Virus record (IMG/VR): IMGVR_UViG_3300009788_000113
Span: 1-58,311 of that record
Source of the DNA: a virus
Taxonomy: Duplodnaviria; Caudoviricetes
Direction: 5' to 3' (one strand)
Length of the DNA: 58,311 nt
The notes below the pieces were generated by a model, which was not told the origin of the DNA, did no database searches, and worked only from the letters and a program-made list of their open reading frames with translations. Position numbers and translations under genes: made by a program. Positions within the stretch are counted from its first letter, which is position 1; every line of letters begins with the position of its first letter. Of the stretch, positions 1 to 10,090 are shown one piece after another.

Positions 1-36
1 GGCCGGGGGCGGGGGGGGGCGGGATGGGGCGGGAGG

Positions 37-70
37 GGGGGGCGGCGGGGAGGCAGTTCGGGAGGAACGA
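37..70. repeat. Terminal direct repeat (assembly circularisation overlap), copy 1
   Basis: GGGGGGCGGCGGGGAGGCAGTTCGGGAGGAACGA is identical to 58278-58311. Confidence 0.9.
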
Positions 71-719
71 GGCGGAGATCGAAGCCACGCGCGAGGCGCT
101 GATGAGAGGGCTCACCGAGTTGAGGGGGGCGGGGGGCGCGGAGTCGGAGCGGCTTCTGGAGTTGGCGGGTGAGCAGCGGGAGGTGTTCGAGGCGGGGGTG
201 ACGGAAGCGATTGAAGGGTTCAGGGATCTATCGAACCAGCAGATCGCGCAGATAAGTAGTGATATCAACCGTGACGTGGGAGATGCGCGCAGGGCGATAT
301 CGGCAGGGTTCAATCCGCAGACGGGTGAGCCGTTGAGACCGGGCGAGGGCGAGGCGCTTTTTAGTTCGATTGAGAGGGAGGCGGGGCTTCGGCAGGGGCG
401 CGCGGTGGTGGAGTTGAGGTCGAGGTTCAATGAGCAGTTGTTGCAGGCGAGGTTGGCGGCGAGCCAGCAGAGGCTAGGGTCGTTAGAGGGGCAGAGGGCG
501 CTGTTTCTTGCGTCGGCGCAGTTGAGGACGAGTATTGCGGCTGCGGCTACGCAGCTTGAATTGCAGGGCAGGACGGCGCTCGCGGAACTTGTGAGAGCGA
601 ACCCGGAGAGTATTATCTCGACGTTCTCGGGCCTTGTGGCGCTCGCGGAGTTGGCGACCGCGCCCGGAGGTGGGAGTATACCGGGGCTTAACCTTAATCC
701 CTTCCAAGGTGCGGCATGA
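37..719 (+). CDS. Putative internal virion (ejection) protein, 3' part
   Basis: Ala/Gln/Glu-rich helical protein at the position of podovirus ejection genes; the true start is 57854, not 24. Confidence 0.7.
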
Positions 720-732
720 GTGAGGTGATGGC

Positions 733-2373
733 ATGAGTCAGATTGCGTCGTTTATATCGCCGGTGAGGCCGCAGGCGGGCGCGCCGCCGGTTAATGTGCT
801 GGATCCAATTACGCCGCAGGCGCAGAGGGGCATTGAAGGGATTACGGGGAACTTGCAGGCGCAGGCGAACAGGCAGTTGGAAGCGGCGAGGATTGCGGCG
901 CAGGCGGGGCTAGCGAAGGCGGATATTGATGCGCGGCAGAGGTTGCAGGAGGCGGAGTTAGAGAATCGGATGCAGCAGCAGACGGCGGAAGTGGAGCAGT
1001 TGCAGTTGGGGAGGGAGGCGAGGACGGCGGAGCAGGAGAGCGAGCAGCAGTTCCAGGCGCAGTTGACGCAGGAGGCGCAGGAATTTACGCAGCAGGAGAA
1101 CCAGTTACAGCGGGGGTTCGAGGAGAGGTTGGTGAGCAAGGAGAGGGAGGCGAGGAACGGGATAGAGAGGGCGAAGATCAAGGCGGCGGAAGCGATCGCG
1201 GTGGGAGATACGGGCGCGGCGAGGGATGCGCAGGAAGAGATCATCAATCTGGAGATCGAGGCGGACAAGGTGCAGGAGGATATTGCGACGTTGCAGGGGA
1301 CGCTCTCGATGGTGAGGGGGCAGCAGGCCCCGGCGACGTTCGGGAGGATCAAGGATTCGGCGATGGAGTTCCTGAATATGCGGGAAGAGGTGCTGGTGGC
1401 TTCAAGGAATGATGCGCGGTTGAGGATTGATCTCGTGGCGAGGAACGCGGGGGCGATAAAGGGCGGTGTGAAGAAGGTGCTGGATGAGGGGGAGACGCTG
1501 GTGAGAGAGCGGTTGGTGGAGAGTCGCGTGGTGCCCGTGCCTCTGCCAGCGAGAGGCGCGATTAGAGAGGGGCCTGCGCAGTTCAGGGATGTGCGAAGGG
1601 TGATGCCGTTGCAGGCCGAGGCCAGGGAGAGGGTGCTTGATGAGGGGAGGGCGGAGGCGCTTGCGAGGCAGGTGGTGAAACAGTTGGATTTGCCGGATGA
1701 AGCGCCGGGAAGGATCAAGGATGCGCTGAATGATCTGATGACGCCGCTTGTGAGGGGCGCGGCGCAGGGGGTGATGAGTGATGAGAGGCAGACAGAAGCG
1801 GGCGTAGCAGTTGCGAGGTTGGAGGAGTTGGGGTTTGATAAGTTCAGGATCGCAGCGCTCTTGGATGCGTTCAGGGACACGGATCAAAGGTTCGGAGACG
1901 AGAAGAAGGGGGATCTGTCGAAGCTGGAGAACGCGGCGGGGATACTGAGGGGGTTGCCCGGTGCGGGGAGCGCGGTGGGGATAGACCCGGAGGGGTCGAA
2001 GAAGCAGGTCGAGTCGATGGCGCGAGTGTTCGAGAACCAGACGAACGCGGGCGCGCTGTTGTTCAGTGATGAGCAGTTCAATGAGTTCCTTGCGGGGCTC
2101 GCGCCGTTCACGGATGATGAGGAGATGGCGCGGTTGAGGGAGATCAGGCAGGCGTTCATCGGGAGGAGCGCGGAGGAGTTCGGGTTCGCGGGCTTCGAGG
2201 ACGTGTTCAACATCGAGGGGGCGACGGGCCGTCTCGAAGAGTTGCGAGGCGAGAGAGCGGGGCTTCGCAGGCGCGCGGGGGGGATACAGCGGCGCGCGAG
2301 TGAACGCGCCGGAGAAGCGCGCAGGGGTGCGGGTGAGATATTGCTTGAGAGCTTGTTGGAGCCATCTGGATGA
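733..2373 (+). CDS. Putative internal virion protein, coiled-coil (546 aa)
   Basis: GAGGTG SD; long Q/E/A-rich helical N-terminal half; synteny. Confidence 0.65.
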   Translation: MSQIASFISPVRPQAGAPPVNVLDPITPQAQRGIEGITGNLQAQANRQLEAARIAAQAGLAKADIDARQRLQEAELENRMQQQTAEVEQLQLGREARTAEQESEQQFQAQLTQEAQEFTQQENQLQRGFEERLVSKEREARNGIERAKIKAAEAIAVGDTGAARDAQEEIINLEIEADKVQEDIATLQGTLSMVRGQQAPATFGRIKDSAMEFLNMREEVLVASRNDARLRIDLVARNAGAIKGGVKKVLDEGETLVRERLVESRVVPVPLPARGAIREGPAQFRDVRRVMPLQAEARERVLDEGRAEALARQVVKQLDLPDEAPGRIKDALNDLMTPLVRGAAQGVMSDERQTEAGVAVARLEELGFDKFRIAALLDAFRDTDQRFGDEKKGDLSKLENAAGILRGLPGAGSAVGIDPEGSKKQVESMARVFENQTNAGALLFSDEQFNEFLAGLAPFTDDEEMARLREIRQAFIGRSAEEFGFAGFEDVFNIEGATGRLEELRGERAGLRRRAGGIQRRASERAGEARRGAGEILLESLLEPSG

Positions 2374-2385
2374 AAGTAGTCGCTA

Positions 2386-2712
2386 GTGGTTGAGCCGCAT
2401 ACGCAGCAGATTAAGTTGCTGTCGCACCTCGTGCATGAAATCGTGCAGGAGGACGGGGGCGTGGCGCTGTCGTTGCATGGGCTGCACACGATCAAATCGG
2501 AGGATATGGAACAACTGGTGGAACCCGCGCAGATATCGGATGGGACTCCCAAGCGGGTGCGCAGGTTTATACATTCGCTCAAGGGGAGGAACCTGAAGAG
2601 GAAAGATATGGTGATATGGGCCGCGAAGGATGAGGCGGGGAAGGTGTGGATAGGCGCGGGGTTTACGGATGAGGCATTACCAAGGGAAACTTTAGAAGAG
2701 GAGGCTGCATGA
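2386..2712 (+). CDS. Hypothetical protein
   Basis: Fills the gap, stop overlaps next start; contains a motif copy at 2535. Confidence 0.6.
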   Translation: MVEPHTQQIKLLSHLVHEIVQEDGGVALSLHGLHTIKSEDMEQLVEPAQISDGTPKRVRRFIHSLKGRNLKRKDMVIWAAKDEAGKVWIGAGFTDEALPRETLEEEAA

Positions 2713-3143
2713 TGACTCAAGCAACGTTGAACTCAGGACAAGTTGCAGGAGACGGAAATGCATTGCGTGAACAAGAGATCATAAAAAGAGAGCATCTTGC
2801 AACACCGGGGCCTTGGATGGCACAGGAATGTGGTGAAAAGTGCAGTGCAATAGTTATAGGTGTGGCTTACGCTATAGGAGATGAAGTTTGTAAGGAGGGC
2901 CTTTCAGGATGGCCTGAGTGCTATGATGAAGATGGTAATGATTTAATATCGCGTGAATGTCACATTTGTGAGTTGGGTGACTATTCTGAAAATTCTAATT
3001 CTAATGCTGATTTTATAGTTCACGCTCGTGATGATATTGCTTTCCTTCTTAAACGGTTGAATGCGTCACGCGCACATGTGGCTTTGTTGCAACAGAGAGT
3101 GAAAGAGCTTGTGTCTGGATTGACACCTGAGGAAACTGCGTAA
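2709..3143 (+). CDS. AT-rich moron, Ead/Ea22-like protein
   Basis: ATPGPW...NADFIVHARDDIAFLL pattern; visibly lower GC than its neighbours. Confidence 0.55.
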   Translation: MMTQATLNSGQVAGDGNALREQEIIKREHLATPGPWMAQECGEKCSAIVIGVAYAIGDEVCKEGLSGWPECYDEDGNDLISRECHICELGDYSENSNSNADFIVHARDDIAFLLKRLNASRAHVALLQQRVKELVSGLTPEETA

Positions 3144-3781
3144 TGGCGAAGAGGCGGACATTCAGGGGGGCGGCGGTGGCGCAGAGGTCGCGGGATGCGG
3201 TTGCGCGGCAGTTGGCGGAGAGGGCGCGGAGGAGCGCTGCGGCTGCGAGGAGCGGGTTGGCGGGGACGTTCGGGGTTGCTCCGAGTGTAGCGAGTGTGGC
3301 CGCGATAGAGGCGGCGACTACTCCGGCGACGACGGTGAGAGGGGGCGCTGCGCTGGGGAGGACTGCGGGGAGAGGCGCGGCGCGTGCGGTGGGAGGGGCG
3401 GTTGCGAGGAGGGCTGCGCTTGCGCCGCTGGGGTTTGTGCCGGGGATAGGTCAGATCATAACAGGTGGGCTGTTGGGTTTGACAGCCCTTCAACTGTTGA
3501 GAGGGGGAGGGGGAGGTGCGGCGGATATAAGGGCGGAGGAGTTGGAGTCGCTACTTATCAGTCAGCAGAGGGCGGGGGTCGAGGCGCAGATCAGGGAGGA
3601 GCAGGCGCTGGGGGGTCTTATTGATTTGAATGTGGAGGCGGAGCGCGCGAATAGGAGGGTGAGGGAGCTTGCAGAGCTAAGGGAGTTGATTGGGCAGGAG
3701 GCGGGGAGGATCGCGGAGATTTCGCAGGTGGAGGTGCCGAGTCTGGCTGAGGTGGCGGCGAGGATAGGGTTGGGGTTGTGA
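3143..3781 (+). CDS. Putative virion/pilot protein with hydrophobic Gly-rich segment
   Basis: Ala/Arg-rich; LGFVPGIGQIITGGLLGLTAL segment; translationally coupled. Confidence 0.55.
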   Translation: MAKRRTFRGAAVAQRSRDAVARQLAERARRSAAAARSGLAGTFGVAPSVASVAAIEAATTPATTVRGGAALGRTAGRGAARAVGGAVARRAALAPLGFVPGIGQIITGGLLGLTALQLLRGGGGGAADIRAEELESLLISQQRAGVEAQIREEQALGGLIDLNVEAERANRRVRELAELRELIGQEAGRIAEISQVEVPSLAEVAARIGLGL

Positions 3782-4653
3782 CGCAACTGGCTACGAGGTT
3801 GGTGGGGAGGCCGGTTACGGCGCTCTTGAGGAGGGCGGTGAAGGGTGTTGTGAGGCCGGAGTTGGCGGCGAGTACGAAGTTGAGGTTGGATAGGTTGTTG
3901 AAGAGGGGGGAGAGGATTGTTAATACGGAGTTTGTGAGGGATCTGCCGGGGGATAGGGAGTTGTTGGTGGAGATTGCGACGAGGGGGGGCGGGACGAGGA
4001 CGGAGGTGCTGAGGTTGGGGGGACGGGGGTTTGCGAGGAAAGCGGCGCAGGCGGGAGGAGTGGAGGCGGGCGCGAGGGCGACTGTGGAAGGGGCGAGGAG
4101 GAGGCCGCCGGTGCTGGGGCAGGCGGCGCGAAGGGCGGCGGGGTTGGCGCGGAGGAGGCCGATCGAGACTGCGGCAGTGGCGGCTTTGACTGCGCCGTTT
4201 GCGGCGAGTGTGATCTCGGGGTTTGCGAGGACGGCGCAGGGGAGCAATCTGGATGATCTTATAGAGGCGGAATTGGCGGGGCAGACGGGGCTGGTGGCGG
4301 ATTCGATTCGGGCGCAGAAGTTGCAGCAGTTGGTGGGGGTAAATACGGCGAGGTTGGCGGCGCTGAGGCCAGATATTGCGATGCAGTTGAGCGCTGGGAG
4401 GAGGCTGCCGCAGGGGGGGATCTTTATTGGGAGACCGCAGGGGCAGGGCCTCCTCGAAGAGTTGGCGCTGAGTATGGCGACGGGTGGGTTCCAGAGCCCG
4501 GGGACGGTGGAGGACCAGGTGCTTCAGAGGTTGGCGCAGCAGGCTGGGTTGAGGGTGTCCACGAGATCGAGGACGTTGCAGGGCGGGGATGTGAGCAGGA
4601 CGGTGAGCGTGACAGGGCGGAGTGGCGAGGATCAAACATCGTCGCTATTCTAA
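3778..4653 (+). CDS. Putative virion protein (291 aa)
   Basis: Coupled GTGA start; lies in the structural operon. Confidence 0.55.
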   Translation: MTQLATRLVGRPVTALLRRAVKGVVRPELAASTKLRLDRLLKRGERIVNTEFVRDLPGDRELLVEIATRGGGTRTEVLRLGGRGFARKAAQAGGVEAGARATVEGARRRPPVLGQAARRAAGLARRRPIETAAVAALTAPFAASVISGFARTAQGSNLDDLIEAELAGQTGLVADSIRAQKLQQLVGVNTARLAALRPDIAMQLSAGRRLPQGGIFIGRPQGQGLLEELALSMATGGFQSPGTVEDQVLQRLAQQAGLRVSTRSRTLQGGDVSRTVSVTGRSGEDQTSSLF

Positions 4654-4668
4654 GCTAGGAGACAACAG

Positions 4669-5075
4669 ATGAGCGTGATACCAGAATCAGAACTGACGAA
4701 TGTGAACTTCCTCATGGCTCCGCTGCCCTTCGATCCGGCGACGGCCACAAGGGTGATACTGTTCGTAGCGCCTTATGATATGTTTATTGATGAGGCGGCG
4801 ATCCGGTATACGGTGGCGAACGGGGCCGCGCTGACGGGGAATATCTCGAAGCTGGCGGACGGGACGGCTGTGTCGAGCGCGGGGACTGCGCTTACGAGCG
4901 CGGTGGATATGGATTCGACAGCGGATACGGTGCTGTTCTCGCTGGGGTTGAAGACCGACATTGATGCGAACAGGCGTCGAGAGGTGATGCAATACTTCTG
5001 GAGTTTTCGGGAGCGGCGGCTGCGGCGTTGGGGTTGGTGAGTGTGACGATTCGAGGGCACAGAGAGTTCGGATAA
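4669..5075 (+). CDS. Small beta-sandwich structural/decoration protein interrupted by a frameshift near 4972
   Basis: AGGAG SD. The -1 frame after ~4972 reads ASRGDAILLEFSGAAAAALGLVSVTIRGHREFG* and ends at 5075, directly before the next SD. Confidence 0.65.
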
Positions 5076-5087
5076 AGGAGCCGGAAG

Positions 5088-5480
5088 ATGGTACTGAACG
5101 ACTTTGCACTGGGATTCAGGCAGCTTGTGATGGTGAACTTCCAAGGGGATATCATCACGGATCAGCCGCTCGCTATCTTTCACAGAGATGTGCGGTTGAG
5201 GGGCGCGTGGTTGAGGTACGGGGTGAAGGGTGCGACAGGGACGTTCACCTTTACGCTTAAGAGCGCGGTGGATGCGACCGCGATCGGGTCGGGAGTCGCG
5301 CTGACTGCGGCGTTCGATGCGGTTGCGGGCGCGGCGAATACGTTTCATCCCTTCGCTATCACGGGCGGGTTTCAGGATATCAGCCAGAACGTGGTTATTG
5401 GTCTGGATGTTGCGGATTCGGCGACGACCAATGTTGCGGATATGGTTGTGGGGCTCGACTTCGAGTTCTTGCCCACTTGA
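5088..5480 (+). CDS. Small beta-sandwich structural protein, probable paralog of 4669-5075
   Basis: AAGGAG SD; shared pattern (DGTAVSSAGTALTSAVD vs DATAIGSGVALTAAFD). Confidence 0.7.
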   Translation: MVLNDFALGFRQLVMVNFQGDIITDQPLAIFHRDVRLRGAWLRYGVKGATGTFTFTLKSAVDATAIGSGVALTAAFDAVAGAANTFHPFAITGGFQDISQNVVIGLDVADSATTNVADMVVGLDFEFLPT

Positions 5481-5565
5481 TGGTGAGGCGACAGGTAGAT
5501 AGGTGTAACACGGTGCATGAGGCGGAAAGGCGCGATTGTCCCTTGTGGGCACGCGCCTGAGCGAG

Positions 5566-5600
5566 CCCCGGCGGGGGTTTCAGCCTCTGCCGGGGTTTTT
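5566..5600 (+). terminator. Rho-independent terminator-like hairpin
   Basis: CCCCGGCGGGGG-TTTCAG-CCTCTGCCGGGG followed by TTTTT. Confidence 0.65.
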
Positions 5601-5603
5601 ACG

Positions 5604-8600
5604 ATGACGCAGTTCCCGTCATTCAGCGCGGCGGCGCAGTTCGAGAGGGTGACGCCCTTCGATGCGCCGGGCGTGATATTTACACAGCTTGTGGATGGGG
5701 AGTTGACGGCGGGCTCCGCTGCGCGCGCGTTGTTTGATGGTTCGTCGTTGGGGGCGAAGGAGAGGGATTCGCTGTCGCAGAGGTTGAAGGCGCAGGCGGG
5801 CGGGACGGGGGTGTCCAATGCGCTGGTGGATATTGCGACGAACCCGTGGGTGTGGTTTATGTTCGCCACGAGCGCCTTTGGGCTTACGGCGGTGGGAAGA
5901 GGCGCAGAGAATATATTCAGGCTGGCTCCTAAGTATCACCCGTTCATTGCGGAAAACGGGAGCTTGTTGCATCAGGTTGGAGGCACGACGCCGCTCCAGA
6001 GTTTGAGGGGGACGGCGACGGGCGCGAGTTCGTTCCAAGTGAGCGACGCGATGGATGCGTTCAGACGGAGGAGAGGCGACGGGTTGGGCAGGGCGATATT
6101 TGAAGCGCAACAGAGGTTGGGAGTAAAGACGCTTGATCCGAGGCGGATACCGAACCCGGAGTTGGCGGGGAAGGTGGAGCGGGGGATGCTGGCCGTTCAT
6201 GCGTCTATTACGGGAGCGGCGCGAGAGATAGAGGAGGTGTTCCCGGTTGTGGAGAAGGGGGTGCTGACGTTGGAGAAGGTGAGGAGGCCCGCGCTTATTG
6301 CGCAAGATCCTGACATCATCTTGCAACAGATGGGGCTCACGGGGTTGAGGGACGCGATGGTGAGGACGTTCAGGGAGACAGCGGACGAGTTGTTTCCTGA
6401 TGAGGACGCGATACTGAGGATTTACAGAGGGCTGGCGAATCCAGTGGTGAGTCCGAACAAAGACACTTTGGCTGGGATTGATCTGGTGGGGCAGGTGCTG
6501 GGGAAGTTTGCAAATGATGTGAGGCAGGGAGCGGTGACGAGGGATCAGTTCACGAGGGCGATCAGGGAGACGGTGTTAGCGCCGATAAGGGAGAACGGGA
6601 CGTACTTTCCGAGGAATGTGAGCGAAGGGTTCAAGCTGGCGACGGGTAAAACGATAGATGTGGATAGGTTGAGAGCGGCGACGGCTGACGCGAGAAGACT
6701 GGGGCCTGCGGGAGCGACGATACCGAGGGTGAATGCGACGGGGCTTTTCCATCCGAGGGATCTGGAGGGGCTGGGGAATCAGTTCGGGGCGACCAATGAG
6801 TTAAGGCGTCAGATCAGTGTGGGGGACGCGATCCTTGAGAGAGGGCTTGTGAACGCGGATGAAGGGGTGGTGAGGTTCCATCGACTAAGGCCCTTAGCTC
6901 AGGTCACTAAGTATGTGGATGATTCGACGAGGACGTTCGCGTTCTTCGTGGATAAGCCAGGGAAAGAAGTGCTCGCGCTCCAGAAGGCGTCGCGTGCAGA
7001 AGCGTTAGCGGCGGATCCGGTGGGGAGGTTGAGGTTTGCGGTGGGGCTGGAGGCGGCAGGCAGGGCAGGGCCGCAGGGAGAGCGGGCGCTGGGTGCGAGG
7101 GTCTCCTCGATCTTCGACGAGGTAGGGGAGGCTCAGCAGCCTCTAGGCGGCTTCTCGATGGCGGATGCGTTCCAGAGAGAGTTCCAACTCATCAAGGATC
7201 CACATAGGCAGCGAGTCATTACGGATGTGATTGTCCCGAGAGCGTTAGGGAGATTGTCAGTACGGAATACGGCTTCGATCGCGGCGCTGCACACGGGGAA
7301 GCAGATGCTCGATTCGTTCGTGAGGACGGACGCCGCGAAGGTGATTGGTGAGTCGGGAGTCTACGGGAAGCGCGTAGTTGACAGGATGAGGCAACTGGCG
7401 AATCAGGATACGGATTTGTTGAGAGCGGGCGGTTCTATATCGAGGGGGCTTGCGAATCTGCTCTACAAGACGCACTTGGGGGTGAATCTGGCGTCGGTGG
7501 CGCTGAACTCGACGCAGCCCTTCTTGTTGGCGAGCACGTTCGTAGGGGCGAGGAATGTGCTGGCGGGGTACGGGGCGGCGTTCAGGGAGATGGGGGGGTA
7601 CTTCGCGGAGAGGACGGCGCGGTTCGGGCTGAGGCCCATTACGAACGCGCAGCGCGGGGAGTTGGTGAGGAACAATTTCAGGTTCGCGGACGTGGAGGGT
7701 GTGGATCTGCTGGGGGCGACGGACGACGTGCTTGAGAGTCTGGATGCGATCTCGTTCGAGAAGGGCGGGAGGGGGTTGGCGCTGGGTGGAGAGACGGCGT
7801 TTAGGCAGGAGGTGCTGTCGGGCGACTTCCTGTTGAAGCCCTTCGAGAAGGCCGAGATGATGAATCGGAACGTGGCCGCGCACGCGCTGGCGAGAGCAAG
7901 AAACTTTGATGTGGATGCGCTCGCGCCGGGGCAGGCGACGGAGTTGAGGGAGTTCGTGCTGGAGACGCAGTTCGGTAGCAATCCGCTGAATACGCCGCTG
8001 AGGTTCCAGCCGAGTCGAGCGAGCCAGGAGTTGACGTTCTCCCGCCTTCTGGAGAACCCGCTGATGCGGCAGTTCTTCAGTTTCCCGCTGCGATCGTTCA
8101 CGGGGATCGCGGAGACGAGCAGGTTCGTGGGGGGGAGTGAGGGAGTGAGAGGGTTCGGGAGAGGCGTGGGCGGGGTGGCGGTGGATGTGCTGAGGGGCAT
8201 GGGTGTGTCGGCGATTATGTTCGAGGCGGGCAAGGATCTCATTGGGGTGGATCTGGAGAGGGCGGGCTTTGCGAGCGCGACGACTGAGTTCCCGAGCCTG
8301 TTGCTGGGGCAGGAGGGACGGGGGTTGGTGCCGCCCATCGTGGATATTGGGCAGGACGTGTTCAAGGCGGCGTTCACGGACGAGGATGTGCAGTTCACGA
8401 GGGATATCCTACCGAGGGTGGTGCCCGGTGGGATTGCGGTGTCGCGCGCGATAGGGGTGCTGCCGAAGATAGACACAACGCCGTCGCTGAATCCGCAGCG
8501 GAGGTTCGCGGACTACACGCAGCTTAATGAAGAGGGAAGGGTGCCCGTATTTGACGCGAACTCGGGGAGCCTTATCTCGTTCGAGAGGCCGATTGATCTA

Positions 8601-9116
8601 GTGCTTGAGGGGCTGGGCGTAGACCTGGGGAGGTTCGGCGATACGCAGCAGTTGGAGCAGTTCCTTATCAGGAGCAGGGAGCAGATGAACGCGCTGAAGG
8701 ATCAGGCCATTAACTCGTTGCTGTCGAATAATATCGAGAGGTTCCAGAAGATAAAGAACGAGTTCACGAGAAGGTTCGGCGTGCCTATGGACATTACGAA
8801 GCAGCGGTTGAGGCGAGAGATACAGCAGCGGGAGACACCGCGCCCCGAGCGCATATTGGATACGTTGCCGCCCGAGGCGAGGCCGATATTTCAGCAGATC
8901 GTGGCGCAGCAGGCCGCGAGGTTGGGTCTGCCACCCGAGGTTATCATCAGGGGAAAGACGGCGAGGCAGCGGGACTTCGCGCGAGGAAACAGGTTCGAGG
9001 TGAGCCCGGATACGCAGGACGCCATACGAAGGGCGCTTCAGGAGCAGGCGGTGGAGGCGGCGAGGTTGCCAGGACAGAACCCGGCGTTCGCGCCATTTTC
9101 AGGATTCGAGCGATGA
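5604..9116 (+). CDS. Large internal virion/ejection protein (~1170 aa)
   Basis: Largest ORF, helical, at the end of the structural operon; start moved to MTQFPS because 5517-5603 is hairpin DNA. Confidence 0.65.
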   Translation: MTQFPSFSAAAQFERVTPFDAPGVIFTQLVDGELTAGSAARALFDGSSLGAKERDSLSQRLKAQAGGTGVSNALVDIATNPWVWFMFATSAFGLTAVGRGAENIFRLAPKYHPFIAENGSLLHQVGGTTPLQSLRGTATGASSFQVSDAMDAFRRRRGDGLGRAIFEAQQRLGVKTLDPRRIPNPELAGKVERGMLAVHASITGAAREIEEVFPVVEKGVLTLEKVRRPALIAQDPDIILQQMGLTGLRDAMVRTFRETADELFPDEDAILRIYRGLANPVVSPNKDTLAGIDLVGQVLGKFANDVRQGAVTRDQFTRAIRETVLAPIRENGTYFPRNVSEGFKLATGKTIDVDRLRAATADARRLGPAGATIPRVNATGLFHPRDLEGLGNQFGATNELRRQISVGDAILERGLVNADEGVVRFHRLRPLAQVTKYVDDSTRTFAFFVDKPGKEVLALQKASRAEALAADPVGRLRFAVGLEAAGRAGPQGERALGARVSSIFDEVGEAQQPLGGFSMADAFQREFQLIKDPHRQRVITDVIVPRALGRLSVRNTASIAALHTGKQMLDSFVRTDAAKVIGESGVYGKRVVDRMRQLANQDTDLLRAGGSISRGLANLLYKTHLGVNLASVALNSTQPFLLASTFVGARNVLAGYGAAFREMGGYFAERTARFGLRPITNAQRGELVRNNFRFADVEGVDLLGATDDVLESLDAISFEKGGRGLALGGETAFRQEVLSGDFLLKPFEKAEMMNRNVAAHALARARNFDVDALAPGQATELREFVLETQFGSNPLNTPLRFQPSRASQELTFSRLLENPLMRQFFSFPLRSFTGIAETSRFVGGSEGVRGFGRGVGGVAVDVLRGMGVSAIMFEAGKDLIGVDLERAGFASATTEFPSLLLGQEGRGLVPPIVDIGQDVFKAAFTDEDVQFTRDILPRVVPGGIAVSRAIGVLPKIDTTPSLNPQRRFADYTQLNEEGRVPVFDANSGSLISFERPIDLVLEGLGVDLGRFGDTQQLEQFLIRSREQMNALKDQAINSLLSNNIERFQKIKNEFTRRFGVPMDITKQRLRREIQQRETPRPERILDTLPPEARPIFQQIVAQQAARLGLPPEVIIRGKTARQRDFARGNRFEVSPDTQDAIRRALQEQAVEAARLPGQNPAFAPFSGFER

Positions 9117-9329
9117 CGCATCTTCCGTACTCATCAAGACCACTATGTTCGATTCGTGGTCAACTTCCTTCACGTAGAGCTTTGGGCGGTTGGGATCAGG
9201 AGCTTCCGAGAGCGGGATGGATGATGGTCCTCCATAGGCGACAGGATTACCTTCGGGATCTTCAATGAGGCAACAGCCATGTTTGTCCAACTTAACAGAG
9301 TTGCCTTGGCGGTAGCGATTGACCTTCAT
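9099..9329 (-). CDS. Hypothetical protein (antisense moron)
   Basis: GGAGG SD upstream of MKVNRY; lower GC. Confidence 0.55.
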   Translation of the reverse strand: MKVNRYRQGNSVKLDKHGCCLIEDPEGNPVAYGGPSSIPLSEAPDPNRPKLYVKEVDHESNIVVLMSTEDASSLES

Positions 9330-9341
9330 AGGAGACCTCCA

Positions 9342-9893
9342 GTGTTGCACGCAATTATAGCGGCGAGCGTCTTGGCGGGGTGCGTGACAGCGAGCCTACC
9401 CGAGGACACATCGCCAAACTTATCGGATGGGACTGTCTTGGAAGAGATGGATTCGGATGTTGAGTCATTGATATCCTCGATCAGTGAGGCGGCGCGGACG
9501 ATGGAGGAGTGGGATGTGCAGCGGCAGATGTTCGCGCCGGGGACTCCGGAGAGGGAGCAGTACGATAAGATCGTGGCCGCGATTGCGGCGATGACCATAG
9601 AGAAGATCAGGGACGGGTACGCGCCGGAGTGGACGCCCTCTGTTGGAGCGATTTCGACCGTGACCACGGTGGGCGGAGGCGGAGGGTTGTTGGCTGCGGT
9701 GGCGGGGTGGTTTAGGGAGAGAAGGGGGAGGCTGGGAAACGTGAGCGCTATGGAGGAACTGGCGACGGCTATCGTTGAAGGGGAGCACCACGAGGGCTTG
9801 TTAGCGAGCGATAAGATATCGAGCGCACGGGCGAGGCAGCTTGTCAAGAGAATAGCGGAGACCCATGATGGCGAGAGCACGCAGAAAAACTAG
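9342..9893 (+). CDS. Lipoprotein with C-terminal hydrophobic segment (possible spanin-like)
   Basis: AGGAG SD, GTG start, lipobox LAGC, GGGGLLAAVAGWF segment. Confidence 0.55.
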   Translation: MLHAIIAASVLAGCVTASLPEDTSPNLSDGTVLEEMDSDVESLISSISEAARTMEEWDVQRQMFAPGTPEREQYDKIVAAIAAMTIEKIRDGYAPEWTPSVGAISTVTTVGGGGGLLAAVAGWFRERRGRLGNVSAMEELATAIVEGEHHEGLLASDKISSARARQLVKRIAETHDGESTQKN

Positions 9894-10090
9894 AGGATTC
9901 AAGGCCAGCACGCGGCGCGTGTCGCGGAAGCAGCGCGCCACCGCAGTGCGCGTGCGCAGGATACGCGCGGCCAGCGCGCGCAGGGTTAGCCCTGGGACAA
10001 GGAGCGTGAACCCAAGAACCAGAAGAGCGCGCGGGACTTAGCAGGGGCCACCACTCGCCCAAGTCCTCGGGCTCATAATCCTCGGGACAC

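Noticed and set aside
1-36. G-run sequence at the start, a possible G-quadruplex, providing the ATG at 24
   Set aside because: It does not match the sequence preceding the repeat at the other end; most likely a low-quality read end.
5521-5565. Resemblance to a c-di-GMP-II riboswitch (GGAAA...TGGGCAC)
   Set aside because: The downstream pseudoknot partner and other conserved elements are not evident.
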